DNA of 63,991 nt, filler included, from Rhabdomonas costata (GCA_019059605.1; 12 parts of 12 records of this genome joined end to end with filler, not necessarily neighbours in it), one strand, 5' to 3'. Counted from the whole stretch's first letter, positions 22,228-36,200 are shown. A program made the numbers and translations. The notes: generated from the letters alone by a model not told the origin.

Positions 22228-24458
22228 CACAGCCAACCGCTGCTCTTCGGTAAGAAAGGGATCCACAGGGTAGTACTTAGGCACCAAGGCAGCGATGGCC
22301 TCCTGCAGACGAGCTGGAAACACGCTGTGTGGGGAAACATGGGGGTGCGGGACAATCAAAGTTCTATGGGCAGGTCAACAGAACTTCCATGAATGAGGTC
22401 TTGAAAGGCACGCGTGCTGGGGCAAGTGTGCTAATCAGGTCGACGAGCACCTGAATTTCCTCAGTGTAAAGATGCAAGGAAGGGGAACATGTCTGTAATT
22501 ATGGTAGCTACCAAACTTTAGTTTAAGTGCAGGTGCCAATAGTCGCATACGTGCAAGCGTCTGGTGTCGGGCACAACAAACAACCTCATCAAGGCAAGGC
22601 AAGGCAAGGGAAGAATCGCTAATTATGAGACGTTGTGCTTTTTTGTCCTTTCCCGATGGTGATGATGCGCATCGCCCACCCCTACCAGGTACCACCAAGG
22701 GAACCACCATGACACCGATCACCCAATCACTACTCTAACTCGCTATGAAGCCCACAATCTATGCGGGGAATACTCTTCAGTGATCGGGATCCGAGATTCC
22801 GAGGAACCGAGAGACTCCGAGGTACCGAGGAGATATAACATTCATGGGCAGCTCTCCCAGGGGGCCACAAAAGGAAAAGGGCTGCGACCGAAAACTTTTT
22901 CCGACGACCGCCAGCTATAAAAATTTTCGGGTAAATGGCTTGCAAGGCAAGTGCGAATCACCCAGTTGCTGGGCGGAGGTTCTTGGTAAACCTCAGTGTT
23001 ACATTAAACCGATTTTAGGGACCTCCAACGCTCCCACAGGTACACCCAACCACGCACATGCACAGTCGCACACCCTCCTTCGTGGATCATGTCGTATGTA
23101 GTGCTGGCCACGCAGTCGTCGTTGTAGTAATGGGTCAGCGTGCCATCGAAATCCACAATGAGCTGCAATATAAGAGATACATCCACTGTACAACCGACGG
23201 AGTATGGTGAAGCAACCTACCACCTACACCGAGGAGCAGGGTGGACTTCGCCGGCGGCGTGGGAACTGGGAAGCCCCAACTCATCTTTCCCAACTGAACT
23301 TGCTCCCCCTGGTCTGCGGTCTGTCTGTCGTTGCGAGGGGTCATCACAGTGACTGCAGACATGTAAAACCATGAAGGAGAAACACGCCACAGGTTTCTGT
23401 TTCGCCCACTGAAGTTTTGAACAATTTTCCAATCATCCCCCGCTCCCTCTCCGTTTTACTTTATTTGCTTGTTTGTACTCGTCATATCTCTCTCGTTCCT
23501 TCCTGTAGATTGTTTGTTTAGTGCTGCACCACATTGGCTTCAAGAACTCCTGTGCATGCGCCGCATTGCCGAGATTTCTCGAAGAAAAAAAGATAAACAC
23601 CACCGCATCGCATCATCATCATCATCATCATCGCATCGCGTAGGTCACATACCTCAAGCCGCGATGGGCCGTCGCTCTTCAGCGCTCTCAGCTTCTCCTC
23701 AAACCTCGCGGGATCTGCGATCACGACGTGCGGCGCGGTGCCGCGGAATTGCTGCAAAGTGGACGAGCATGAAGAAAAGAAAGAGAAGACAGACAAAGGA
23801 AAGCCACTGCACCAGACTAAGCTCACAGGGACTGTGACGTGCTGAAGAACACAACCTGCTGTGGCTCAGACGACTTAAAACGGGTTTCTGTTCTCTTTTC
23901 ATCCACAGCTGTCCGCTTTTTTCGCGAGCAGAGGTCGACGTTTCAAAAAAAATAAAGAGCTGATACTCTGGCCTAATTTCAAGGTTAGTACGTTAGTACT
24001 GTTCGCGACCTACGGACCAAATTCTTGAATAGGTTGTACCACCGGCAAGAAAAAAAGTTGCTCAGAAACCTCTAGGTCGATGGGAGCCTCTCCTTTCCTG
24101 GTGTTGCATCAAGTAGTGAACACGTTTAGCTAAAACAGGGAATTTTAAAACGGCCAGCCCTGCTGGGGGTCAAGGGTTTTGTCTCGGCCGTTTATCGTGC
24201 CCCATGGCGCACTGTCGTTTTCCACTTCGTTCCCCACACAGCACAGGGTTTTAACAGCGGCACTCACTTCGCATTGGCAACAAAACACCAAACCCTACAC
24301 CCACGCCGGGGCAAAAGGCTCTGGGCGGCCTGTGCCCACAACTCTGAAAAAACGGGAGAATGAGCAGTTACCGTGTGGAGCAGTCTGCTTCCACCGCTGC
24401 GAGCGGGATGCAGTCCATGGGTTTTGCGCAGCAACCTCCAGCAAAGCCTGGGAAGCAT
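22228..24458 (-). CDS. NT5C3: Pyrimidine 5'-nucleotidase (cN-III/UMPH-1, HAD family), 5' exons 24372-24458, 23653-23751, 23074-23162, 22228-22324; 3' part off contig
   Basis: Spliced product HVVIADPARFEEKLRALKSDGPSRLE|LIVDFDGTLT...STTYDMIHEG|GVFPARLQEAIAALVPKYYPVDPFLTEEQR carries the HAD DxDxT motif and the family KYYxxDPxLTxE motif. All introns are GT-AG and in phase. Confidence 0.85.
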
Positions 24459-24562
24459 ACTGGAGACTGTGGTCGTGGGCGGGCAAAGTTCAAAAGACAG
24501 ATACCATGACAGCTCAGAAAAAAAACGCTGCGGTTAAGAGAATGCGCACGGGGAAAGGTTTT

Positions 24563-24566
24563 GTGA

Positions 24567-24607
<41 letters not shown>

Positions 24608-24670
24608 AGAGTGAATGTGAGAGTGAAAGTGAGAGTGGGAGTGAGAGTAAGTGAAAGTAAGAGTAAGTGT
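24563..24670 (+). repeat. (GTGAGG)n hexamer microsatellite decaying into GTGAGA variants
   Basis: Directly visible tandem repeat upstream of NT5C3. Confidence 0.9.
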
Positions 24671-27334
24671 GTGTTTAAATGTCAAGGTGAAGACTCCTGA
24701 CGCCTCTGAACGTTTACGCGACAGCAAGCGACATCATGAAAAGAAAAAGAGTTTATAATTTGGCAAACTTTGGTTTGTGGAAGGGAACCCCCGAAATGCA
24801 ACCCCCGAAAAGCACACGGAAGATAAGTGAGGCATACTGGACTTGCTCCACCTAAATGCAACAATCCACCACAAATTACACAGGGCAACAGGTAAAGGTT
24901 AGGAAACCATTCAGCGAAAGTTCCACGTGCAAACAGTTCCCCTCTTGCTCTCAATAAGTTAGGGGAATATCAACAATTGTGCATCTCTTGGTAAGATATG
25001 TGAACCTTTTGGGCACCCTGAAACCAGAGCACTGGTTAGGTGGAAAAAGACTGCTGCATTGACCTCTTTCGTGATGTCTTCGGCCCCAGCATGACCCAAC
25101 ATTCCGTATAACGGCGACGCGGCAGGAAACATCTCCCCCCCGCTCATTTCCTTTTTGTGCGAACAAAAAAGCATCGCATTTAAAACAAAAAGAAGAAAGA
25201 AAAGAAAACAGTAGTTTTTTCAACAAAACTGTTGACTAAAAGATGACGCGAAAAGAAATGGAAGCACAATCAGCTGCACTTTCTTGAATGTCAAGGTGTA
25301 AGTTGACGTTCCTGCGGTTTTCCAAACCATTCCCTTTATTTCACTTCCCAAAACCAAGTTCAGAACATCTCTGACAGGGTCTTTTCCCCATTCCACAGTC
25401 TGCATAATTTTACAAAGCCTGAGAAGAGCGCATGAACTCTGCCAATGCTATCCACCAGACCGCCTTCGCAGCCATAACGCTATCGAAAACGCAGGATGAC
25501 GACGAGTGCAAAGGCGACCAGCACCGGCCCAGCGGCAACAGCGAACCACGGACCAACGCCCTGAGCCCTCGGACGTTTCCGCCACACCGAAGCTCTCTTC
25601 GATTGAAGGCGGGACTGTGGCTGAAGTTCAATTGATAATGGCAATTCCTTGAACCGTGAAGAAATCTCACGGCACCGAGTTTTGCAAAGACGACTCCTCA
25701 ACAAGCTGGGCCAGGGTGCATCACGCAGCAGAGGCAAAAGTTGCCGCTGCATGAGTCAGGCAGCTTTTTGTGAACAGCCCTCCCGCAAAAAAAATATCAA
25801 AAAATCCACAACTCTCTGTTCAGGTAGAAAAAGAGAGCGGAATAAACCTGCGTCCCGATCACATATCGGGCACTGCTATATACATAATAGAATACACTAC
25901 AAGTGAAATGCACTGTCCCAGTCACAAACCACAAGCACTGCTATTGGTGACTTTATTAAGAACATGCGCAATGCTGCATTTGTGTTCCGGTTGGTTCTTT
26001 CAGGAGGGCGAACCCAAGCATTTGAGCACAGGAATGCGACCGCGTCAATATTGAATGCGGAAAAGTCCTTGAACCACCGAATGTCCCGGGATGGCAACGT
26101 GTGCCTTAGGACAGAATAGAGACGACCAAAAGGAGTGTGGGGTGCCCTTGCAGAAGCGAGACGGAGAGTATGTCGGGTCCTCATGTCCATCCATCCATCT
26201 GTAAACCTTCTTTGACTTAGGTACTGGTTCTCTCGCCTCCACAACTGGTCTCTGTTGCTCGGGTTTTGGTCTTCCTCTACGTTGTTCTTCTGGCCTTCCT
26301 CCGGTCCTCCAATCGGTCAGGGTTTGATGCCATTGATAGTATTAAAAAATATTCTGCGGGAGCGTCGACGATTAGCAAATGCTTTCGCCGGTGTTTCTCC
26401 TGAAAATTCCAAATTATGGAAGGTGAACTTCAAGCCCTTTCAGACACCACCACTTTCAACCCAGCGCAGCCTTTTGGGCGTGGGTTTATAGTCTCTTGGT
26501 CTGCTTGCAAAACATTCGGGGTGGTTAGTTTTGTAGAAATCAGCAAGTGAAACGGCGGGGTAAAGTCCCCTCACAGGAAGGAATTTGACAGCCAGTAACG
26601 GCTACGACCGGAGCGCACTCGTGTACGATCAAGCACGGAGTGGTGGGACAAGCGTGACATTTGATGACAGCAGGTGCGGTAGTACCTGGACTGCGATCAA
26701 AGGGGCCGTGACACAATACTCACACACGAATACAACGGACGATACTCACGAGGCCAGTAACCATCGACGCATAACGTGAAGCGGCTGAGCCGAAGGAAGG
26801 AAGGAAGGCTTCCAGAAGGAAGCCTTATCACTTGGGTTACAGAACCAGTAAACGAGGCATGTCTGGTTGGACGTTATCTAGGACTGGTAGTCAAAGCGGA
26901 GTTTTGGTGATTGAAAAATATCCGAAAAAAAATCGCATAAGCTATTTTTATCTCCAAAAAAAGAACACAGAACAGAAGCAGAGTCATAAGGAACCAAACA
27001 CAAATACGCAAAGCGTCTTAAATGGTATCCTATACAGCTTTAAGCTGTTGAGTTGTCAAGGACATTCATTCTGGTGAAACATAGAGGGAGGATGGATTTT
27101 TATTTGATTTTTGTATATTTGGGTATTGGCACAGCAATGTTTTACCCTAGCTTTATTCCGGACAGAACAGCCATTTTCCTTTTCATTCCACCAAGACGTT
27201 TGAATCTACAATGGCATTGCACACGAGTTTCTATTAGTGAATCAGAAAATGCATGGGAGATTGATGAACTCATGGCTGAAGAAGTTGCTGCATCGGGAGA
27301 GCAGGGCGAACTCCACCCTTCTTCCACACCCACC

Positions 27335-27434
27335 NNNNNNNNNNNNNNNNNNNNNNNNNNNNNNNNNNNNNNNNNNNNTTAATTAATTAANNNNNNNNNN
27401 NNNNNNNNNNNNNNNNNNNNNNNNNNNNNNNNNN
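27335..27434. other. Artificial contig linker
   Basis: N44-TTAATTAATTAA-N44. Confidence 0.98.
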
Positions 27435-30036
27435 GTGGTTTGTGGATATGTGGTTGGATCCCTATCCCGCGTGAGTGTGAATGTTCACCGCGCGTGTGCC
27501 TGTCTGTCTCGTTGTTGACAAAGCTTTTTGGTTGGGGGGGGGGGGGTCAGCGCGCCATTCAGGGTTGAGGAGCCCGAACGTGGGCCATTTATCACGGGGC
27601 AAGGTAGGAGCCGGAACCAAAAGGTGAAGTAAACAACGTGCCGCAGAAAAGGTCGAAAACCTCAGAAAACACAAGCTAAGCTCAAGTAAGCCTCACTGCT
27701 GAGTTTGTGGTCGATTTGTGAGGGGGGATCACGGGGATGGAGTGTGGTCGAGACTGGTGGTGCCTTTGAGCTTGGGATTGGTGGCTGCGGCTGTTATCAG
27801 TTTAAACCACTTTCTCGCTGCCGTTCTCAAGTTAAAGCACGTCATTACCAATCACCAATTAACAGCCCACGCTCCTTCCTTAGCCGCCCGCTCCCTTCCT
27901 TGGCGTCCTAGCCTTACCTGGACGCTCAGCTCAAATACACGGTCAACTTACCTTCAGTGCACCATGAACGCAACTTGCTCTCCACATTGGCCCGTTGTGC
28001 GCGTTGTGCGGTTTTGGTGGTGCTGTTGAGTGACAGGCGGGAACCGAGAGACTTTCTTGCCTTACCTTTTCTGTTTGGTGGGCTTTGGCTGACCGTTGAG
28101 AAGGACGGAAGCTAGCGCTGCGTTGGCCGAAGCTGGGGCAATACCTCGGCGATGAGCTGATTTTGGTCTTTTGTGGCAGTGCGTGTTGACGTGATGGGCA
28201 GGTAATCGAACTTCACAGTTTGACGCTGTCATGCTACGCCACCCAGCACTACCCCCCGCGCCACCAAATAGTCCTGTCCCTGGATGCACCTCTCACACAC
28301 GCGGACTCAAAACAAAAATTGCAGTGAGCGGGGAAGGAGCACATCAAGACCGTCCAGAGTATCGCCATGTCCGTCAAGCCTTGGGAGCATGGTCTGCCAT
28401 CCTCTCCTACTCTCTGTGGCCGTGGCCTTATGGTTTTCCAGCCATCTCTTGTGTTGGTTTTTGTCTGAGTTCAAGAAGTCCCAACCGGAAGGTGCGAAAA
28501 GTCCACTAAGCCAAAGTAAAGTCATAGAAGACAAAGTAATCACATGTTAGTTAATACGCACGCTTTCTTCGGGAAGGACCTAAAAGGGTCGATGTTTGCC
28601 AGTTTGCCAGGAACCTTGAACTGTCCACGCAGTGCTTGGAGGTGTGTTTCCCAACGGCCCAAGTGGGTATTGGAAGAATTGCACCCAAACCCCATGGCTG
28701 CGGTTTGCTCGGGTGCACCAGTACAGCCCTTCCCTCGCCCAGTACTCACTGCATTGGTGTTGTCTTGCTTCCTCCTCAAAAATGCGTTTCGACCACGTAT
28801 GACAGAGCCTTGGGCTGTGGTTTGCTCATGCACCTAACCGCACGCTCCCGTGCATTTGTATTGCCTTGCCTTTTACCCAACAAAAAACTGTCCTTCCAAT
28901 GATGCTCTACGTATCTCTCTTTACAGGCTGAAGCGGACTCCCTGTCCCACTATCAGGCCCTTTTCTTAGTTGTGAACACCGAAGTTCCGTGAATCCACCT
29001 CATGCCCTTTTCTTCTCAAGCAAGACTAGTTGCACCATCTCTCGGTCCTTTTGGGGCCAAATCATTGAAAAAGCTGTTTTTCACATTTTTCATCATAAAG
29101 TGCATGTATGTGTATTTGGCTGAACTCAAGGGCCAGTGTATGGGGGGAGAGGGGGGGAGAGGGACGGTGCTTGAGCGGTTTTTTTCTGCGCAGGCTGTTA
29201 TGCCCCGCATGATTTCTGGGCTACTCTGTGAGTTTTCGGTCGTGGTGTGAGTGGTTTGGATCTGGGACACAGAGAGGGGATGAAAAAAGAATGGCATGAA
29301 CCCAGACGATGGAAAAAAGTGAAAGAAAGTCCCTTAAGCATACAATGCGCGCTGCCTGTAGTGCCCTGGCTGCTGCAGCCCCTGAAGGCAAGCCGTACTG
29401 AACATACCACTCACGTCTGTGGGCAAATGCCTATGAATTGATGTAGGTGTGAACTCCTTTCAGTGCGGCGTTTTGTGCTTTTGGTTGGGGATTCTGCTTG
29501 TGCTTTGTGCGTTTGGGTATCGTTTTTCGCTGCGAATGTTGCATACGGGCCTGGTGTGCTTCCTAGAATTCGGAAGTGGGTGCGCCTATGCCCCGAAGAC
29601 AGCCTCGCTCAACCTCTTTTTTCGCCGCTTTTCTTTTATCATTTTTTGTCTGTGATTTTGTATTTTGTGAGCTCCGTTTGTGAGCAACGCGATGTGCTGT
29701 AATCCACTGAAGATCTCCGCAGCGGTGTTTGCTTGATATTATGTACGTGCATTGTGCATTGGTGTTCTGCGTGGGTTGTCAGGAACCCTTCTGGTCTGTC
29801 AAGGCCCACCTTCATGTTCGCGAGTTTGTTTCGTATTCTGACTCATTTCCCAAAAAGCAATGGGACCAACCCTTGTAACTTGCGTGAGGAAGGGGGTGCT
29901 TCTTTTTGCGGCTGGTGTTCTTAAGGCGGTCGGCTCCTTCGTGCGCCAGGGTAAAGAAGTTATGCACACTGAAATAAGGAGGAAGGCAAGAAAGTGTTGT
30001 TGTTGAGTGATGAGAAGGCGGGAGTGGTGGTGAAAT

Positions 30037-30380
30037 TCTGGAAATACGCATTGGTGGGTCGGTTGGTTTGAGTAGAAGAGCATCTCCCCCCACATCTGAC
30101 GGAATGAAAACTCGCAACATCTGCCATTTTCTGAGTTTCTAAGTGTAGCTTATCTTGCTTTGTTGGTGCTGTAGACAGCAAATTTAAGTGTATGAAACAA
30201 CGGTCCAGCGATACCCCATACTGAGTAAAACAGAACGTCCTGTTCACTATCCCCTTCCCCTTCCCCTCGCCCTTCCTCCGCTCCTCTTTTGACCCTTGCG
30301 AGTTAAAGTATTGAATCTCTGGAAATGCATATTGGTGGCGATTGGTTTGAGTAGAAGCGACACTCTCTCTCACATCTGAC
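30037..30380 (+). repeat. Degenerate ~64-bp direct repeat (30037-30100 and 30318-30380)
   Basis: TCTGGAAAT...ATTGGTGG...TTGGTTTGAGTAGAAG...CACATCTGAC is present twice. Confidence 0.8.
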
Positions 30381-32262
30381 CAAGGTTGTCCCTCTGTGCA
30401 CCGTCCACGCACGAAACTGCGGTGCTCTGGTTTTTTCAGCCAGGTTCAGGGCCTGCGTGGGGCTCTTCAAGACTCCTTCCCTTCCTTTGCACATGTTGCA
30501 GGTACCTCTTTGTGTCCCCGCCACGTCCCTTTACGTGGACACAGTACTTTCACTTGCCGTATCAAAAGGGAGAGGAAAAGGGAAAGGGTGAACATCTCGA
30601 GGTTCCTTATATGTAATCTGTGCCGTTCTCTGTACGCTTCGGACCTCTCTGCGACAATAGGTGGGGTTAAGTTTTACGAAAAGAGGGCCTCACTTGAGCA
30701 ATTTTTTTTGGGTGTGGAGGCGTGAAACGCAAGCATCGCTAAACTTTTGACGCAAACACTAAACCGTCCAAAATTACCAGTCACCTAAAGTTTCCTAATC
30801 CCTCAAATTTTATCATGTCTTTATGGGGTGGGGGGCAGAAAGACAGTGTATAACCCCATTTTGCTAAAATAAATGCCTGTGGAGGTAGTAGCAGGTAGTA
30901 GTTGACAGTTTTGCTTACCCCCCGTGCCCTGAAAATGACCTCCCAAAAAATGTGCCCATTCGGTAGTTTAGCACAGCTAAAAGGCCCCATGGTTCGCCCG
31001 CTCCGCCGCGGGCGAACTGGCCTCCGTGGCGTCAATAATCGTCCCATTTGTTTTCCGAAGTCTAGATACGGCAATTGGCAGTGATAAACGTTTAACGCCC
31101 CCGCCCCTCCACAATTGGTGGGGCTGCGGCTGTCTACTGCCTCCTTAGGACCTTCGCCGGCACCTTTAACCCGTTGTGTGTGTGTGTGTGCTTGATTGTT
31201 CGACTTCCCTGCATGTGCAAAGCGATATTGGTATTGGTAGATAGGCCCAATTAGCCCTGGGGTGTTCGTGTTCACCCGGTGTGGGCAGCCAAGCAGCTGC
31301 TCAAGGACCAAATCGCCGGTTTGATTCTGAGCCTGGTTATCCGTGTACATTGGTTGTTGGAAATGGAACTATAGAATTGAAGGGATATCTCCACCCCAAC
31401 CTTTCGCTCTGCCTCAGCGCAGTCCATGCAATTTCGGGGAGCCAAGGCTGCACGTGTAAGTCGGTAGGCTAACTCCTTGGGGATGGGGTTACAGACGGCT
31501 TGGTCACCTGCAAGACATATAATTATCGTTATTAGCCAGAAATTTCATTAGTCGCAGTGCATGAAATCTATTTTTGACGGCACAGCTGCATGTCTGGGAA
31601 AGGACACCTCTTCTTGGGTCTTTTTATGGCTGCAGGTTACTTGGGTGCACCAGTCCATTTCTTCCTCACCCAAAACTTCCTGCATTTGTATTGCATATTT
31701 TAGCCCAAAAAAGTGTCCGACTGTCCTTGTTTGCTGGGATTTTGGGTTTGCTTATCTGCATCCATTCCCTGTATTCGAATTGTCTTCTAGTTTAATCCAA
31801 TAAAACATTACAGCTGTGAGTGTGCGTCCTCCTCTCTTTCTCTGCAGGATGAGGAATCCAAAACTGTGCAAGGCCACTGCATGCCTTTGACTTTTTATTG
31901 GGAAAAGACAAGTTGTACCGTCCTACACTAAGACCAAGGAATTGGAAAAGCCACTATCTGCCATCAAGTGCATATATCCAACTTTGTCTGAAGCTTTGAA
32001 GGGGGGGTTCGGCTCGTGTCGATGCCGAATGATTCTTCGTTTTCTTCTTCCTGCGCGGTTTTGTTTTTCATCGAATGTGACTCATCTGCTGGAGGCCCTC
32101 GATATTGGTCGTGTGACCTCTGAATGCTGTGGTCTATTGACGTGGTGTGTGTGGGATCTTTTGCTGGGATGCACTAACCCCTGAAGGCATTCCGGGCTCT
32201 ACTTAGACACTCATCGAAGTGAGTAATGCCTACGGCCTATGGAACGATATAGTAGTGTTAGT

Positions 32263-32588
32263 GTTTTCGAGTAAGCATTCGAAGTATGCTTGATTTTGTG
32301 TTTACATATCGTTGTTCGCTGCAAAGGTTGGGTGCTGGCCTGGCTTTCTTCCTAGAACTCAGAGATTTGTGATGCATATGACAGCACGCCAGAACGCTGC
32401 TGGACAGCAGTTTCCATTTCGTTTCTGGGAAAGCTGTGGACGGTTCGCCATCAGACTGTTTGTTGGTTTCAGATTTGCTGCAAGCTGTAAAAGATATTCG
32501 GGTTGGCTTGAATGTATGCGAGTTTTTTGCGTGTAACAACGATATGTAAACACAAAATCAAGCATACTTCGAATGCTTACCCCAAAAC
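32263..32588. mobile_element. MITE-like element with long terminal inverted repeats
   Basis: 32271-32316 is the exact reverse complement of 32535-32580 (46 bp), extendable to 54 bp with 2 mismatches. The interior is non-coding and the right end coincides with the contig end. Confidence 0.75.
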
Positions 32589-32688
32589 NNNNNNNNNNNN
32601 NNNNNNNNNNNNNNNNNNNNNNNNNNNNNNNNTTAATTAATTAANNNNNNNNNNNNNNNNNNNNNNNNNNNNNNNNNNNNNNNNNNNN
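32589..32688. other. Artificial contig linker
   Basis: N44-TTAATTAATTAA-N44. Confidence 0.98.
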
Positions 32689-32923
32689 GGGGTTTGGGAG
32701 GGGAAACCATTTACTAGGGTTCAACCCGTCACCCTATTCACTGACTTCCACAAAGGCGCCCTGGGACCAGAGCCTGACCGGACCAGAGGAGCGGACATCA
32801 TTGCGCAAGACTGGCCTGTTGGGGACGGCACTTGGTAGGAGAACAATGCTCCTCAATTGAGTTTAATGGCAGCTTTCTCGCCTCAGCCTGTTAGGTACCC
32901 CGCTTCCCTGCCCCCCTGAGCAG

Positions 32924-33210
32924 GTTAGCATGGGGAACAAACCTCAGCAGCTCCGGCAGGTCCTCTGGGGGAAGCACGTCTGGCAGCACACCCTGAAGCG
33001 GCTGCTCCGGGGGTACCTCCGCGCCTCCTTCGAACCTACCCGCCCTGGGGGTGCCCTCCCCTCCCCCTCCTTCGCCTTCCCGCTTGTCTACGGGGCTCAG
33101 CGAGGAGGGGCTGAGCTGCTCCGAGCCGCACAGCAGCTGCTCCGCAGAGGCGCTGCCAGCCCGAAGCAGCGCGGCGGGAAGAGAGGCCTTTCGCAGGGCC
33201 GCCACAGTAG
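32924..33210 (+). CDS. Probable exon of a hypothetical protein
   Basis: CAG acceptor followed by a GC-rich frame VSMGNKPQQLRQVLWGKHVWQHTLKRLLRGYL...; no motif recognised. Confidence 0.35.
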
Positions 33211-36200
33211 GGTTGACCGCCATGTTGACCGACACACAAACAAAGGTAAACCTTCCCTACCTCACAAGAATGTGCAAGCTTCAACAAACGCAGGAGGGGA
33301 TGAAGGACAGCAACAGCAACAAGGACAAGAGCAGAAAGAAAACCCTTTGGCTACCACGCAGGCGGCTGCAGGGAAGCTTTGCGCCCGAAGAGGTGAGAGT
33401 CGTTCCCACAATTTCACCACTGCAAAGAAAGACATACCTTAAGTTGCCCAATCCAGGACGTTCGATAACATCTCAGGGGTTGCCATAAGGATAATGATAA
33501 GTGCGGTTATGCAACTGGGTTGGACACGGAATACGGAGGTTTAAATTTCTGGAATTCTGCTGCCAGATGGGAAGGCCTTCGGCTTCGGATCTGAAAAGAA
33601 AAGGGCAACGGCATGAAAATTGAACAACCTGAATAAATACACAACGTACACAAGAGAGTCATAGAAAAACGCAAGAAACCAGCAAATAACAGATCGGCAA
33701 ATGCTGGCAGAGGATCGGAGACGAGCGTGGGGGTGGGACAGGGTGTAGAATTATCAAAGGATGCAACACTCGCAGGAAGACGTGGAGAAAAAAGCGGCCC
33801 CACCCGCCATCATCGTTAAAGAAATGTTGGGCCTACCTCATCATGCTGAGGATGGTGAAAAGCAATGATCTCGGCCGGGGTATTTCAAAAGCAGTATGTA
33901 ATAAAATAGTGAAGGAGAAAAAAAGGGAAAAGAGGGGGGGGGGGCAAGGGGATGGCAGGGCCGCCGGTCCGCTCGCTCACACCATCAAAGCAGAAGATGC
34001 GAAAAGGAAAGGGAAAGAAACGAAAAGCAGTCTGCCGCATCTTGCCACCAAGTCAGCAGAGTGCAAGAAGCTTTGACAAACCAGTGCGGTAAAGGCAAAA
34101 GGAAAACCGAATTCGATGCTCATGATTGTTCTGATGGGATCACCAGAGGTCCCACCCGCTCAAAGGAATGTTTCTGTTTCTGTTTCTGTTTCTTTGCCTA
34201 AATTGTAACGGCAAAAAAGGCAATAAATACCATACCCAAGAGAATGTCGTGCAGGGCCAACGCGAATCCCCCCCCCCGCACAATAAATACGCAAAAATGA
34301 GAGGAGATACGGGAAGACAACAACAGCAACAACAACAGATGCGGGCAGGTGGCAAGGCGGGGAAGCCCGCGGAGCCGGTACTGCTTCTTGCACGAATGGG
34401 CATCACCAAAGACACACGAGCACCGACCTCCGAAGAAACGGGGCTCGACCTTCCCACCTTTTGTGGCACCATTTTCGTTACGGACTTCTATGGTGCACCG
34501 GTGGCAAAACAAACACTCCCCTTTTCAGGGGGGGTCATCAGATGGAAAACGCTCACAGATCTGGAAACCGAATAGTGGAGAGAGAACGAGAAGAGAAGGG
34601 GTTCAGCCCTCGGTGCACAACTGTTTGGAGAGTTTATTCTTCGCGCGTTCGCCCGCCACAGCTGTGACGGGGTGTCCCTGTGGGGGTTGCCGTGTGTGGG
34701 GTGTGGGGCGAGTACTTGGGCGAGCCTGCGCTGCTGGTACAGAACGGCAGGGCCATTGGCAGTGCGGCCAAGGTGCAGTGCGGCGTGCGCCACTTTACCC
34801 CACAGCTGAGGCACAGCAGCTGCTCGAGTCCCTGCGACCAGAGACCCCATCTCTCTGCCATCTTCTCTCCGGACAATGTCCACGGGAAATATGGATTTCG
34901 CCGGCAAACCCGAACAGGTGAAACCCACGCACAATTTTGTCTCTTGGTGATGATTCCAGACCGCATGCACAGAAACAAGGGCGTCCGGGATAAGAGATCA
35001 AGAGTTTGACTATTCAGCGTTCTTACTGCTGAGAAAGCCACCCTCAGCATTGGGCGATGTCTCAGTGCGCGTGCGCTTCAAATCTGGTGGGTCGTTCAAG
35101 AAGGTTCAAGGTTCCAATAGGATCGTCAAAGGTCCTTGTCAGAAAGGATTTTGATCATTCGTTGGCATAATACATACAAGTCTGCAGCGGGTTCCAATGG
35201 ACGCAACGAGTGTCATGGAGGTTGGAGATGCGGGCGAAGCCTTGTGGCGCGGTGGCTTACATAGCAACAACACCACACCAAATTACCACCATCACACATG
35301 TTATCCATATGCGCAGACACACTGCCAATCACCGTTCCAAGTGGCCCACGTCCTTCCGGCGGCATCTGCTTGTTAACGATGAGGCCATTTTTTTTAAATG
35401 GATGCGTTAACAAACAGAACTGTCATGTGGGCATGTGTGTGGGGAGAATCCTCACGCTGCCGTGACGCCTCCCACATAAAAAGCACAACGTATGCATAGT
35501 GAGGTACCATGTGACAGGGTACAAAAAGGTGGCAGCGGATGTGCGGTTGGGGACGAAAGGACATAAAACATCAATCAACAGGGAAGAGTGGTTTTTTGTA
35601 GGTAATTTTTTTTAACAATTTGAAAGAGTATTTCGGGACCCCTGAACGTTAACTTCTCTTCTTTGTGCCTTTTTATGAATAAAATTCTTTCGGACCCTGT
35701 CTGGCAAACGAACGAATCAGTAACCCCGCCCACCTACCAAGGTCGACCCACTCTTGTTGCCACGCCCGCACCTTTCGCACCCGCAGCCGTCTCCATGACA
35801 ACAGATGAGCGCAGGGAGCACCCACATCTGCCGGGCGGAACTGCAGCAATGTTCCCGAATCGGACATCTTCGGCACCACCCCCGCCGTAGGGACAGCGCT
35901 GACCCGGGCGTGAGGTGACTGCTGGCAGGCGGGTGTCACCCGGGACGCTCTCAAGAGCGGCGGCTGCCGCTGCAATTGTGGCCCCGCAACTGCCGCGAGG
36001 GGCTTTCTGCGCGGCTCAAGGCGAGGGGCCCGGTTCATTGCGATGGGCTGGGCTCTGGAACTGGCGCTTGCGGACATCAAGAACGGCGGAGTACAAGCAG
36101 AGGGAGTGGCCCCCATTTGAGCAGTGGACTGCGCAGCGGGCAGAGGGGCTGCTTGCCGATGCCCCGCCAAGGCCCCATCTTTAGAAACGGAGAGCGAGGA

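Noticed and set aside
15000-24500. Functional linkage of the Helitron with neighbouring genes such as NT5C3
   Set aside because: The neighbours are on different contigs separated by artificial linkers.
24950-29000. Possible decayed coding or TE sequence
   Set aside because: Frames are short with no recognisable motifs, so no call can be supported without a homology search.
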